A stretch of 64,000 nucleotides of DNA from Felis catus (lineage: Eukaryota): positions 24,244,001-24,308,000 of the forward strand of contig NC_058368.1 of NCBI RefSeq assembly GCF_018350175.1. Reading direction: 5' to 3'. Below the pieces are notes generated by a model that saw only the letters and a list, made by a program, of their open reading frames with translations, made no database searches and was not told where the DNA came from. The translations under genes and the position numbers were made by a program. This document shows, piece after piece, positions 41,053 through 54,065 of this stretch. Within the stretch, counting starts at the first letter, position 1, and each line of letters starts with the position of its first letter.

Positions 41053-42511
41053 GATGCATTGGGGTCAAATGTTTAGCGGGCTGAAGTTGGTTAAACAATG
41101 TCCCTGTTACTGTCACAAACTTTAGAAAAGTGATGAGTACAACACGAGTAAGTTCACAGCTTATTTAGCTGATCCACAACCATCCCAGGTGCCTAAAATA
41201 CTGTTAAAAGGAGGACTTCTCTCCCAGTTAGCTTAAAACCATCCTAACTTTATAAGGCCAGGTGGAAAGCTGAACCAATTTTTCACATGTTCCTATTCCC
41301 ATTAGATAGGGATATCCTGTGTGAAAGTATCTTTTGGGTTGACTTATTCTAAGTGCTTCAATTTTAACATGTGTCTAGCCTGGCAAGTTAACTTCTCCAC
41401 AGGATACCAAAGTGAATGAATTAATGTGTTTTGTGGAGTGTGCGTCTGTGGGTTTTAACCTGAATACACGACTCATAAAGGAACTCATTCTTTACCACTT
41501 TCCTGCATTTCCTTGAAACTATCTGGCTCATTATATTTTGACTGTGAATTGTCTCCTTAATGTCTTGCAAGGCTCCAGATTGCTTCCACATTTTCAGAAA
41601 TGAACTATCCGGGGGAAGTAGAACTCTGGAGATGGTTTTTTTTTTGTTGTCTTTTTGGTTTTTTTGGGACACACACAACATAGCCTTTGTACACCCACTC
41701 TCAGTGATTCAGAATCAATTTTGTATTACAGAGTATTAGGGGATTACCTGTCTAATGAAAATTTTACACAGTCACAACAACATAAATTTTCTATTCATTC
41801 TCAGGGGGTTTCTGCCCCACTCCTACCCCTGAAATCATATAAAGGTTAAGTTGGAAGAAAAGCATTCAGCATCAGAACGGGTGTAGGACGCTAATCCTCT
41901 GGAACCCATGAAAAGAAAATAAGCATAGTAAGAAATCATGCCAACAAGTCTTATTCAATATGCCTCAAAGATATAGCATAAAATTCCGTTAAAAAAGAAT
42001 ATAATGATTAAAATAGTAAATTTTATATTATGTATATTTTGCCACAATAAAAAAGAGAATGCAGAGTGCCTTACGGGTATAAATTTCCATTTCTTCCAAC
42101 ATTTAGTGCCTGTAAACTCTCATTATTTTCTAAAATACCTGAAACCATAATAAGAGCGAGTTTAACACTTCGCAGATGTTTAAAAACATATCTTCCAAAT
42201 ATACTGCTAGTAAGAAGCCAGCACAAAACAATACATGCTGAGTGACTCCAATATAGAGAGTTTACAAGCACACGAAGCTAATCTATTGCAGAGGAAGAAA
42301 ACCCGGGATCTTCGGGCAGGGGGAGGGGGAGAGGAGGAGTGGCCACCGGGAGGAGTCTCCAGGGTGCCTCTGAGGTGCTGGTAATGCTGTGTGTCAGGCA
42401 CATGGATTCACTCACCTTCAGTAACTCAGCTCTACCCTCTGATTATACACTTTTCTTTGTGGGTGTTACACTTCAATAAGTTTTAAGTGTCCACTTTAAA
42501 AAAGTGGGGGA

Positions 42512-42725
42512 GGGGTGCCTGGGTGGCTCAGTCAGTTAAGCGACTGACTTCAGCTCAGGTCATGATCTCACAGTTTGTGAATTCAAGCCCCGCTTCAGGG
42601 CCTGTGCTAACAGCTCAGAACCTGGAGCCTGTTTCGGATTCTGTGTCTCCCTCTCTCTCTGCCCCTCCCCTGCTCACTCTCTGTCCCTCTCTGTCTCTCA
42701 AAAATAAATAAATGTAAAAAAAAAT
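42512..42725 (+). mobile_element. CanSINE
   Basis: ggggtgcctgggtggctcagtcagttaagcgactgact...ctctcaaaaataaataaa. Confidence 0.95.
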
Positions 42726-43148
42726 GTTTTTAAGTGGAGGAAATTATAATTTTTTAAATGTTAACATTGTTAATACTAATGTAAAAATGCTAAATTAGGG
42801 GGAAAAAAACTCCTGAGGGGTGGATATCAAAGGCTTATAGTACATAATGACTCCACAACCATGAGCCCCGCAACAGCACGTCCCGTATCGTATCTCATTC
42901 ATGACTCAGGGCCATGACTGGCCTTCCTGTGGAGAGCACCTGTGTGACTCTAAATGTGAAACGTGTGCCCAAACACAGGAAGAAGGAGACTCAAGCTAGT
43001 CGCACTCACTTTATCAGTAGAGCACGGCAGGGATGTCGGGATCCAGACCTGAGGCTGCAGGGTGCAGGAACCAGGCCTGACTGATGGGGCTCGTCAAGCA
43101 GCAGATTCTCTGCAGCAGGGTAGTTTGATCCCTCCCCCACCCAACACC

Positions 43149-43149
<1 letters not shown>

Positions 43150-43184
<35 letters not shown>
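43150..43184. repeat. (CA)n microsatellite, ~17 units
   Basis: Direct read. Confidence 0.95.
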
Positions 43185-43185
<1 letters not shown>

Positions 43186-43214
43186 GCCTGCGGGCCTGAG
43201 GGCTAAGCTGAGGC

Positions 43215-43470
43215 CACACAGCAAAACAGCTCACAGACTGTGGAGCCAGGCCGAGTGCATCTCAAAGTCCTAGTTCCTACCTAGGATTGTGTGACTTTAG
43301 GCAAGTTACTGTGTGACTTCAGGAAGCAAACTTCACTTCTCTGTGCCTCAAGTGTTTCATCAGCAAATGAAGACACTGTAGTATGTACTTCACAGGGTTG
43401 CTGCTAAGGATCAAGTGAGCTAATTGGTATAAAGTGCTCAGGCTAGTACTTGAAACATCGGAAACATCAC
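43215..43470. mobile_element. MIR
   Basis: tgtgtgactttaggcaagttact...cacttctctgtgcctcaagtgtttcatcagcaaatg...aaagtgctcag. Confidence 0.75.
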
Positions 43471-43784
43471 ACAAGGATTTGCTGTTACTATTTTTACTGT
43501 CCTTATCACTACCACCGTGGCATAGTGTCCCTGAAGTAGTTAGGTTGTAAAGATCAAGTATTATCAACTCCAGGATATTAGAGAAAGAGTAATATCTGTA
43601 GAAAGCCCTCATATTTAATAACTTTACCTTTCACCTAAAAAGCCCTAATTTACCAGAATTTTTCCTGGCCCAAATGACCTCTTTTCTGTGCAAACTCTTA
43701 CCCTTACCCCTATAACCAAGATAATGAAGATGTCTACCATCTAGTCACAATTTCTCTTTTTATTTCCCAAAGGCCTCTGAATTT

Positions 43785-44870
43785 GCCTGTTCACTTATTC
43801 CACAGATCTTTATTTAGTATTTACCATTTAAATACTATGTGCCAGGCAGCCACTATCTTAGGAGAATGCCTTGATTTTATGGGGTTCACATTCATGAAAA
43901 GAGACAGACAACAAACAAGCAAATAAATAGACCAACAAAAAATGTCATGGAGTCACAAATGCTATGGAGAAAACAAATCAGGGAAATGTGCTATAGAGTG
44001 ACTCAGGTAGGGGTGAGGAAGGACTAATTTATGTGAAGGTCTCAGGAAGGGCCTCACTGAGGAGAGGGCATTAAAACTGATGCTGAAGAATAAGAAGGAG
44101 CCAGCCTTGGGATTGTCAGTGGAGGGCATGTTCTTGGCAGTGGGATCAGGAAAGTCTAAGGCCCTACTGTGGAAACCAGCTTTTGGGGTTGAAGGATCAG
44201 AAAGAAGCTAATGTGGCTCGAGCAATTCATCAAGAAGGGATAAGTGTAGGAGACAAGGAAAGAGAGGTAAGCAGAGCCTTATAACCAAGTAAGGAGTTCG
44301 GACATTGTTCTGAGTGTAGTGGGGGACCTCTGAGAGTTTTCAGCAGGGGTGGGAGTACACAGGTAAGGGTAGAAACAGTGAGGGTAGCTCAGGTTAGAAA
44401 AATGAGTTGCTAGTTGGGGACTCTCTGTGTCCCCTCCTCCACAGACACTGTCAGAACAAGAGCTTATCCACCTGGTGTGACACCTGTGTGACTGGATCTG
44501 AATCCAAGGGGATTGCATCTTGCTATAATCCAGTTGTGAGTCTTAATGGCTTGGAGTACTGAGACGGCAGTGGAGATGGAGAGAGGTGGACAGACTTGGA
44601 CAGAAAATATATTTCAGAGATAGAATTAATAGGATGTGGGTGAGGTTTTTCCAAGGGGAGGCTAATGGAAAGAACGACTTCTAAGTTTTTGAGCCGTGCA
44701 CCTGGAAGGATGGTAGCACCATTAGCTAAGATGGGGAAATGATGGGAAGTGGGCATTCAGGGGATAGGGAGGCAGTGTGCATTCCAGAGTTCTATTGTGA
44801 CCGTGTAAGGCTACGGGTGCCTATTCAAGACATCCAAGCTGAGAGGCGACATAGGTAGCTAGATATTTGT
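43785..44870. mobile_element. L2 fragment interrupted by a 136-bp foreign insert
   Basis: tactatgtgccaggca...ggaagggcctcactgaggag...ggacattgttctgagtgtagtggggg...cattagctaagatgggg match L2. Confidence 0.8.
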
Positions 44871-46111
44871 TTACTCCTTATTAAAGAGTTGTTTGTGACC
44901 TTGAATAGAATACTTTTATTGAAGAGCTTCATGAGCCCTGAGGTGGAGGTTTGATTTGTTTTCCATTCCTTATCTCCAGTTTCTATTCCTACCTCCCATG
45001 TATAAGATCTCACATAACGTTCAAGTGCATCTCAACATCTCAAGTGTTACAAATAAACACTCATAATCCTTAAAGCCTAACGAAGTATTTGTTATAAAAT
45101 GAAAGCAAATGAAAAAGCTGACTAAATGCTGATGTAGTCAAAGGCCCTCTAGACTAAGGATCACAAGGCCAAGGTCCTAACACAAAGCGAGGTACAGAAG
45201 AAAACCAATGAGGTCTACATTGGAATCCTAGTCCATTCATTTACTAACTGAAAACCTAGAGCCAATTACAGAATATTTTGGAAACACAGTTTTCTCCACC
45301 TGAAAATGGGGATAATAACTCTTGCCTTACGGGTACCTTGTGGGGATGAAATTTGTGGAAGGCTTACACAGTGTCTGACATATGGCGGATACCTGTAAGT
45401 ATAGGGTTTGTCACTCTTTTTGCCAGTACACCACTCTTTTATCAGTGTAAACTTGTGAGAAGCATTTAATATCTCTCTACCTTAGTTCACCAACTATGAA
45501 AGGAAGATGCTTCACCAGCTGATCGTTAAGCTCCATGTTAGGTCTTTGAAAACAACAACAACAAATGATCGTCTTGATAACAACCAGATAACACTTCTTG
45601 GTGAAGGCTGCTTTTTAATCTGATATCGCTGCATCTTTCCGCAAAACCACTTAGACCAAAGAAGACAGGGCATTCAGAAGCAGAAATTAGACCAGAGAAC
45701 TGTATCTCCGATGTCACAAAAATGTTCTTCCCCCAAACCACTAAAATTTCAGGATACAAACGACTATGCAGAAGATGGAGTAAATGAAATCTCACCACAA
45801 ACACAGTCTGAGAGGAATCAAAACCCAAAGCTCTTCATCTCAGGCTTCCTAAACTGGATGGGAAGTTTGGAGGTCTGGGCCAGACCAGATGGGAAAGGTG
45901 GAACTACAGGTAAATTTCTAGAATCCTAGCAGCTCAGAGAGATGGTGGCTAAGCCAGGAGGGAGATCCTGAAGTTTAGCTCAGGTTAGAAAAATGAGTTG
46001 CTAGTTGGGGACTCTCTGTGTCCCCTCCTCCACAGACACTGTGAGAACAAGAGCTTATCCACCCTCTGTGACACCTGTGTGACTGGATCTGAATCCAAGG
46101 GGATTGCATCT
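44385..46111 (+). repeat. Dispersed direct repeat of 136 bp (44385-44520 and 45976-46111)
   Basis: Read base by base: 4 mismatches, no indels, offset 1591 bp. Confidence 0.97.
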
Positions 46112-48149
46112 GACACCCATGCTGAGATCAAGACCCTGCTTGATCGATGGGCTTAGGAACCAGAACAAAAACGTGATTGAGCCTTGTGATAGAAATAGTG
46201 TCAATCTATCAATGCAGGACCAGTGACCCCAAGAGCAAAGCCAAGGTAAGAAGCCCATAAGAGATATGAATAAAGAAGAACCCCAAATAAAGTTTATTTA
46301 AAGTTCCAAACCTGTGCCAAGCTAACTGAATAATGAAAAATTTGTCTAGCCCAGAGATATGTTTTCTCTGGCTTGTATAATGTGTATTTTTTTTAACTGA
46401 ACCTGATTGTCCTTAGACACTTCCCAGGTTACCAAGTACTGTTGTATCTATCACCTTATACCCCACAACATGGCTCAGTTATATGACCACGCTAGCCCCA
46501 CAAACATTTCACAGGTACCGGTAGGTAATTTCCAGATTGGCTCATTTTAAAATATTAAATAGTTGAACGTACGCTGACCACAGAGATGGCAGAGAAAAGA
46601 GAACAATCACAGGAAAAAAGATGAACATAGGAAAATGTCAGAAATTCTAGCATCGCCATCTTTGGGAGAAGCATCTCCCAGGCCCAGCTCAGTTACAGCA
46701 GCTACAAATCATGCCATATAAAGGTCAAGTTAAATGGGTTCTTGACATATTTGTGGCTGCCTGTCTCTTTCAACTAACCTTTCTATATTTAGGGAAATTC
46801 CCAAGAAGCAGAACTCAAATTCCAAGCCTTCCCTATAGCTAGAACATTGGCTCATCGCCTAGATTCACCCAAATAGCAGTACCCTGGCAAAACTGTGATG
46901 TAGAAAAGAGCAAAGTGAACAAATAGGTGAGCAAACCACCTCTATTTTTGCCAGCATGGAGGTGGCTGAGGTGTCCGGCTTCCAGCAGTTGCGTAATTGA
47001 GTCCCTGATGTAGAAGTGGCATTGGTGAGGCAAGACCTTCTGTTGTTGTCGCCCCTGGTGCTCAGAGGACAAGGAAAACAGACATTTCCTCATCAAACCA
47101 AATTTGTAATGCAATTTTACTCCTGGAATTTTAGCCTGGAGCCCAGCCCTGTCAAGAATTCTTTGAACTACTCCATATCATTTTATTAAACTCATTTTCT
47201 GCTACATCAGCCCAAATCAGCTTCTGTTGCTTCAAACCAAAGCACCCTGACTGATAAAACAAGCAACGGCAGACCCTCCTTTCATTGGGGTGCCTTGGGA
47301 GAAAGCCAATCACGCTGATATCTGTGAACCCTAACACCTGTGAAAGAAACCCCAGATTTTGTAAGGCCATCCTTGTTCCCACAGAGGAAGTACGCAGTAG
47401 AAATCTCTCTTTATCCTTGCTCTGTGAATCCTAGCATGTACTTTCTAAAGCAATATCATATTACACACCTGTTACTCAGTACTCCTGGCAGTTGACTTAA
47501 TTGTCACCATTCACAGAAGAGGCCATTAAATTTTCATCATTTGCTAGTCAGCTATGGAAAATTACAGCTTTGAGGAGTCCATTATCAACCATTCTGGGTG
47601 ATGGTCTTGCTCTACGAGGCCTCTAGGTAAGTGATAACCAGGTTCCATATTAACAGACTTCTACATGAGCAAGCGAGGCACAGATTTTTAAGCTAAACTG
47701 TAAAGATGACATCAGGCTGGTTTGGATTTCTATGACATCCAAACAAGGGGCATTGGAGGTCTCAGCTACAGAAGGGATTTTTAGACAGAATAAAGAACTC
47801 AGCACATTAAGGAAGGCTGTGGAGCATTCTTCTCTATGATTTCCATCTACTAGACAATACTGTATTTATTACCAAGAGAACAGCAATTTTCATTGTCCCT
47901 CATGGTAAGTTGTTAAAGGGGATACTATTAAATAATAGAACATTCCCCATTTTCAAGGTGAAAGATCTCACAGGGATTAAGTGGCTTGCTTAAAAGTCAT
48001 AGGGAATCCAAACGAGGGTTTTCTGATCCCAAGCTGATAGTTTTCCTCCTACATCAGTGGGATTTCTGGGGATACCTGAGATGCTTTCAAGATGTCCAAG
48101 AAATTGATACTATTTTCATAACAACAAAAACAAGAACAACAACAGTACT

Positions 48150-48870
48150 AATCTCCAAGGAAAAGAAATCGCTCTCTCAAAGAGATATCTGCACCTCAAT
48201 GTTTGTAGCAGCCGTATCACAATAGTCAAACATGGAAATAACCTAACTGCCCAACAATGAATGGATGAAGAAAATGTGGCTTGTATATCTATATCTATAG
48301 ATAGATAGATAGATATGTGTATGTATGTAGATATAGATATAGATATAGATAGATACAATGTGACATTATTCAGCCACGAAAAAGAAGAAATTCCTGTCAT
48401 TTGTGACAACATGGATGGACTTTGAGGCCATTATGCTAAGTGAAATAAGTCAGAGAAAGACAAATACCGTATGACCTCTCTTGCATGTGGAATCTAAAAA
48501 CATCAAACTTCTAGGAACAGAGAAGAATGGTAGTTACCAGGAACTGAAAAGCGGGGAAAATGAGGAGGTGTTGGACATAGGGTACAAACTTTTAGTTATA
48601 AATAAGTTCTGGGGTTTCCGAGGTACAGCATGGTGACGACAGTTAACAAAACTGTATTGTATATTGGAAAGTTGCTGGGAGAGTAGAGCTCTAATGTTCT
48701 CACCACAACAATAACAATGAAACGGGAATTGTGTGAGGTGAAGGATGTGTTAACTAACCTTATTGTGACAAATACGTCTCAATGTATAGGTGCTTCAGAT
48801 TATCACACACTACAGCTTAAACTTGCACAATGTTATATGTCAATTATATCTCCATAAAGCTGGCAAGAAA
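48150..48870 (+). mobile_element. L1MA9-like 3' end
   Basis: caaagagatatctgcacctcaatgtt...acaacatggatggac...atgctaagtgaaataagtcaga...caattatatctccataaagctgg; internal ATAG/ATCT microsatellite at 48285-48355. Confidence 0.88.
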
Positions 48871-49126
48871 TCAGGTGTTATCTTCTCTTTTCCCTTTCAT
48901 CCTTTTATAAGGGTATAGTGGAGTTTCCTGGAGGATATGTTGTATGTGATATAACAGACTAAAACAGAAGCGTCTGTGAGAATCCAGCTGTGTTCTATTA
49001 AACCAGCCATAAGAGAAACTTTCAAAACTACAAAATAGTGCCGTTCTTCTATTGACATTTGACATTTGCCATTCTTCTATTGTTCTGGAAAATATAATTC
49101 TTTTCCATAAAAATGTTATTTATGTT

Positions 49127-49335
49127 GGGGCGCCGAGGTGGCTCAGTCGGATGAGCGTCTGACTTCAGCTCAGGTCACGAGCTCACAGTCCGTGAGTTCG
49201 AGCCCCACATCGGGATCTGTGCTGACCGCTCAGAGCCTGGAGCCTGTTTCAGATTCTGTGTCTCCCTCTTTCTCTGACCCTCCCCCACTCATGCTCTCTC
49301 TCACTCTCTCTTTGTCAAAAATAAATAAACATTTA
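49127..49335 (+). mobile_element. CanSINE with perfect 18-bp TSD
   Basis: aaaaatgttatttatgtt at 49109-49126 and 49336-49353. Confidence 0.97.
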
Positions 49336-49581
49336 AAAAATGTTATTTATGTTAACATGGAATGGGTTTATTAGTTTTCTTTTTTAATGAATTGATACAT
49401 CATTATTTTAAGTGCCCTCGGTTTTCATTTCTAATACCACAAATATTTATAGGTATAATCCACAGAAATAAAGATTCTTTAGAGTCCTTTATCATTTTTA
49501 AATGTGTAAAGGAGTCTTGAGACCAAAACATTTGAGAACTGCTATCTCTCATTATAGCTGCCTTTAAAAAACAAGAACCCA

Positions 49582-49795
49582 GGGGCACCTGGCTGGCTCA
49601 GTCAATTAAGCATCTGACTCTTGATCTTGGCTCTAGTCATGATCTCACTGGTTCGTGAGTTGTAGCCCCACGTAGGGCTCTGCATTGACAGCATGGAGCC
49701 TGCTTGGGATTCTCTCTCTCCCTCTCTCTCTTCCCCTCCCCTGGTCATGCTCATGCACATTCTGTCTAAATAAATAAATAAACTTTAAAAAAAAA
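49582..49795 (+). mobile_element. CanSINE (older subfamily)
   Basis: ggggcacctggctggctcagtc...ggagcctgcttgggattctctctc...taaataaataa. Confidence 0.94.
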
Positions 49796-50394
49796 TCCAG
49801 GCTAAATACAGATTTCCCTTGATTGTATTATTTTTAACCAACTGATGTCCCTGTTAAACCTAGTTTTTCAGCTTACATCTCTGTGCCGTCTTTCTCCCTA
49901 GTCTTGGTTTGGACTGAGGAGTTCATGCGTGACAGCAAAAAGTCTTGGAATGGAAAGCAGCAATTATAGACTCAAGCACCTCCTTCCTCTCAAATCCCTA
50001 AAGTACCTACTTCACTGTATATTCAATTAATATTCGATTAACGGGTGGATAACTGAAACTGATTGCTAACACAGAGAGGCCTGCTTGATGCCTCTGAGAA
50101 GTAACATGTGTGCTTGCTCCTGAGTTCACAGGTGCATGCTAAACACAGCAGAACTCAACCCAGCAAGGCCAGGTGCACCGGGGTCCTGGGTGCACAGCAA
50201 TCATACACCTGTTTCCCCCATCCAGATCATACTGCCATCTGGATTCTGTTCACTCACAGGACGTGAATCAGCAACTCGTCTCCTACCCAGCTTTTTCCCC
50301 CGGAGACGGTAACCCACAATGAGCATCACATGCAGAGCTCACACATCCATCCATCTTTATCCATGTGGCTGCTTTTGTCCCTTGATCTCATTCT

Positions 50395-50610
50395 TTTTTT
50401 TTTTTTTATTTTTTTAATGTTTATTTATTTTTGAGACAGACTGCAAGTGGGTTAGGGGCAGAGAGAGAGAGGGAGACACAGAATCCGAAGCAGACTCCAG
50501 GCTCTGAGCTGCCAGCACAGAGCCCGACACGGGGCTCGAACTCACGAGCTCTGAGATCATGACCTGAGCCGAAGTCGGACACTCAACCGACTGAGCCACC
50601 CAGGCGCCCC
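50395..50610 (-). mobile_element. CanSINE with 14-bp TSD
   Basis: cttgatctcattct at 50381-50394 and 50613-50626; CpG-rich body. Confidence 0.97.
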
Positions 50611-53600
50611 CTCTTGATCTCATTCTACTCCGCACCACTGTCTGTCTAGATTAGGTGTGTGTATTTTATCTTAGGAGATAAAGATCTTAGGCTCCATGAA
50701 GGTTCTCAAAGGCCTTTCGAGGTACCCAAGAGTCTAGCATAGCACTAAGTAAATTATAATCACTGTCATCTCAAAAGTTTACAAAATAGTTCAGACACGT
50801 GGCCCCACTGTTTTCTCACCAAAGCCCTATATGTAAATTACGGAAGGTCCTCTGTTTATGTATCTGCACCTCACAGAGGGAGGCTTCAAAGTTAAGCAAC
50901 CTAAGGTCACACAGTCGGTGACTGTCAGCCAGGGCGCATGCGTGCCTCTTGGGGTGGCCCAGTCTGTACTTACCTCACTGCATCAGGCTCTTATTTGTCA
51001 ACACACACTCATTCAGTCTATCTGAAAGAGAGCTTTGAGAAAAATAACAGCCCTACATCCAGACTATGAGCCAAAACATACAAGAATAAGCCCAGGTCTC
51101 CTGATTCCCACTCAGGCACTGTATTTTACAGCATCTTTCCCCTGGTGATTTTAGCTGTCAAAGTAGTCAGTGCACGTGCTAGTTAATCTTATATGTTCTT
51201 CTCTCCGAAAAGTACACAAATTATTAAGTATCATTGCAATACCCACTTTCCTTCTTTCTGCCCTCAGGGGCTAATTGGGAAGCCCCATTTTATTGTGTTT
51301 TCCCAGCGAAAATGAAGGGAAACATTATAAAATAATGCAGTAAATTCAAGCTGTGTCACTAAAGTTGATTATGATTCCTTCTTTTTTTTTTTTTTTTTTC
51401 TCCCTTTCACTGACTCACTCATCAATCCCACAAAATGCTGGTGTGGCTTCCAGTAAGTAAAAGATACCCCTGCCATTAATGAGATTATCGCCTCGTGGGT
51501 GAAATGACACTTCCAGAGAAAAATTCTAAGGTATTAGAAGTGTGAATTAGCACAGCATAAATTATTTATGAAGGTGATGAAGGAATATAGACTAAAAGAG
51601 CTCTTATTACAGGGAGAATTTTAGGAAAGCTTCATACAGGGCATGTCCTTAAAGATGTCATGAGATATAGCTTAAATGCAGGGAGCGGTTTGGGCACATA
51701 ACCTCCTTCTGCAGCCCCCCAAACCCAAACAATCATAGAGTCAAAGCAAAAACAGTATGCTTCCTCTGCAAATGGAGCCACAAAATGAGGTTATTTCAGG
51801 CTCCCATGCCCAGCCAGATACCACCCGTAGGGCCCTGCTACAGAGACGTTCTGGAGCCCCCACTGGTTGGTAGAGTATTTCAGGAAAGAGGATGGAATCA
51901 GAACTGAACCAGGGCAAAATGGAGAAGTGAGTCTACCTTTCAGTTACTATTTACAGTACACGTCCCCCCAGAGGAAACACGACATGCCACAGATACCACA
52001 TCCTCTCTGACCTGCATCCCTGAGCTATAGCCTGTGTCTTCTCTCCTGTGACTGCTTTCCTTTCCAAGGGCCATGCCCCCAGGGTTCTTCCCGGCTGTGC
52101 ATCTCTGTGCCACTACAACTTGGGCTTGGATTATTAGTTAACTGTCTGAGGTGTTACAGGTACAAAACAATGGGACCTCTCTCATTCTAGCAGTGGCACA
52201 TTGCAACGTTCCAGCAAGCGAGCCACTGGGAAAAGACACAGGTGGGAGCCGGCAGATTTTGAGAGTTCTTCAGATCATATTATGTGATTGGCTGAGAAAT
52301 CAAGCTATACGTAACTCCATTCTGAATCGTTCAAGAGATGGCATAAAGAAGAGAGAGACTGCCACATGACTATGTCAAAAATTGACAACGTTGAATGATC
52401 ACATTAAGGCCAGATCACAAAGACCTTGTAGGATGGGCTCAGTAGTCGGTAATGGCTTGAGCATTAGGGCAACTGTGGTCCTTCATTATGTCATATGATA
52501 AATGCTGCTTTGGGAAAGTATAAGAGAGGCTAAGGGAAGGAGAATTGACAACCTGTGGGCCTGGATTATGTGGTCACCTGCTGCAAGCCAACTTTCCAGC
52601 TACCATCCCTGTGGCTGAACACACTCTAGACCAGAGTCTCTGAAATGAGACGTCACATGTGAGACCCATTCCCCATGCTTTCAGAAAGAATCACTCCAAG
52701 ATCTTTTAAAACAAATGGAGGAAAGGATGTGATACTTTGAAGATGAGGTTTAGTAATACGAAGCAGAGATGATTTTTTTTTCTAAATAAACCTCTGTGAG
52801 CATATTGCTAAAAGAAACTTTTCCATTGTTGGTGAATAGTGTAATATCTGCTTATTTAAAAAAGGGTCAGTGGATGACAAGTTGAAGAATTTGAGAAGTT
52901 TCTCTATGAATTGTGATTCCAACAGCAAAATGAGGCTCTGATCATTTATCCACATGCCAACATATCATTCAGATTCTACGTGGGATACATAACACATTGA
53001 CGGGAAAAGATGGTACATGGAAGTCAATCTGCCTTGGAAGGAAAGACATGATGGGCTGCCAGGTGTCAGAGCGACAGCTGACAATCCACATCCTGCAAGT
53101 CAGAATTCAGTCCCTTTATCTTTCAATGCAAGATCATCATAGTAAAGCACAACTTCCAGGCTATGAAACTGAAAGGAAACAGAATGAGGGTCTGAAGAGC
53201 AAGAGACCATCTTTCCAGGAATCCATGACAGGGCAGTTGGGCCAGTGGCTTTCGGTAGTTCCCGACTGGCTATACTTCAGGGAGACTGAGTATTTCTTCC
53301 GAGTATCTCCTATCTCCTGGGACAGAACACAAGCTTTAAGCCTTTGGGGGCATTTAGCCATAACAGTCAAACTATTAAAACAAGGATGGGTAGCTTTATA
53401 CAATAACTCACACAACACATTTTTTCCCCCAGATAACTCATAGCCAAGTTGAGGGAGGGGTGGAGGCAGGCTTCTTTCCCTGGAAACTCTCCATCATTTC
53501 TCCACTTGAGGTGAGCCCGAGCCTTTTGGAAATTAATAGAGTTGTTTAATAAAGGCAAAGGGAGCAGCTGTAAGACTTTCCTCTATTCACTCTTCTTTCA

Positions 53601-53649
53601 AAATAAAGACATTTGTACTATGCTTTTCACCCTATACATCCCAGGTTCA

Positions 53650-53840
53650 CAGCACTAGTTGCATATCAGGATCACCCAGGGGTTCTTTTGTTTGAGTAAC
53701 AATGTTCATGTGGGGTCCGAACATTACCATTTTCTAAAAGTACCAGTATCAGAACCTCTGGGAATGGTGCCCATGCAATGTAATTTTTAAAAGCTCCCTA
53801 GGTAAATCTAATATGCAGCCAAATTTAAGAATAACTACCA
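53650..53840. mobile_element. MER5-like MITE
   Basis: ttgcatatcaggatcacccaggg...atcagaacctctggg...aaagctccctaggtaaatctaatatgcagccaaatttaagaa. Confidence 0.65.
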
Positions 53841-53844
53841 TACT

Positions 53845-54065
53845 GGGGCACCTGGGTGGCTCAGTCACTTAAGCGTCCGACTTCGGCTCAGGTCATGATC
53901 TCATGGTTGGTGAGTTCGAGCCCCGCATCGTGCTCTGTGGTGACAGCTCAGAGCCTGGAGCCTACTTCAGATTCTGTGTCTCCCTCTCTCTCTGCCCCTC
54001 CCCTGCTCATGCTCTGTCTCTCTCTGTCTCAAAAATAAATAAAACATTAAAAAAATTTTTTTTAA
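53845..54065 (+). mobile_element. CanSINE with 17-bp TSD
   Basis: aagaataactaccatac at 53827-53843 and 54066-54082. Confidence 0.97.

Larger units (their letters stand above)
48055..49545. mobile_element. Charlie1-like hAT DNA transposon remnant with nested L1 and CanSINE
   Basis: Left piece cagtgg...tactattttcataac; right piece ...cataaaaatgttatttatgttaacatg...aaggagtcttgagaccaaaacatttgagaactgct. Confidence 0.7.

Noticed and set aside
52997..53443. 148-aa intronic ORF
   Set aside because: Non-ATG start, no recognisable homology, no poly(A)/TSD to suggest a retrocopy.
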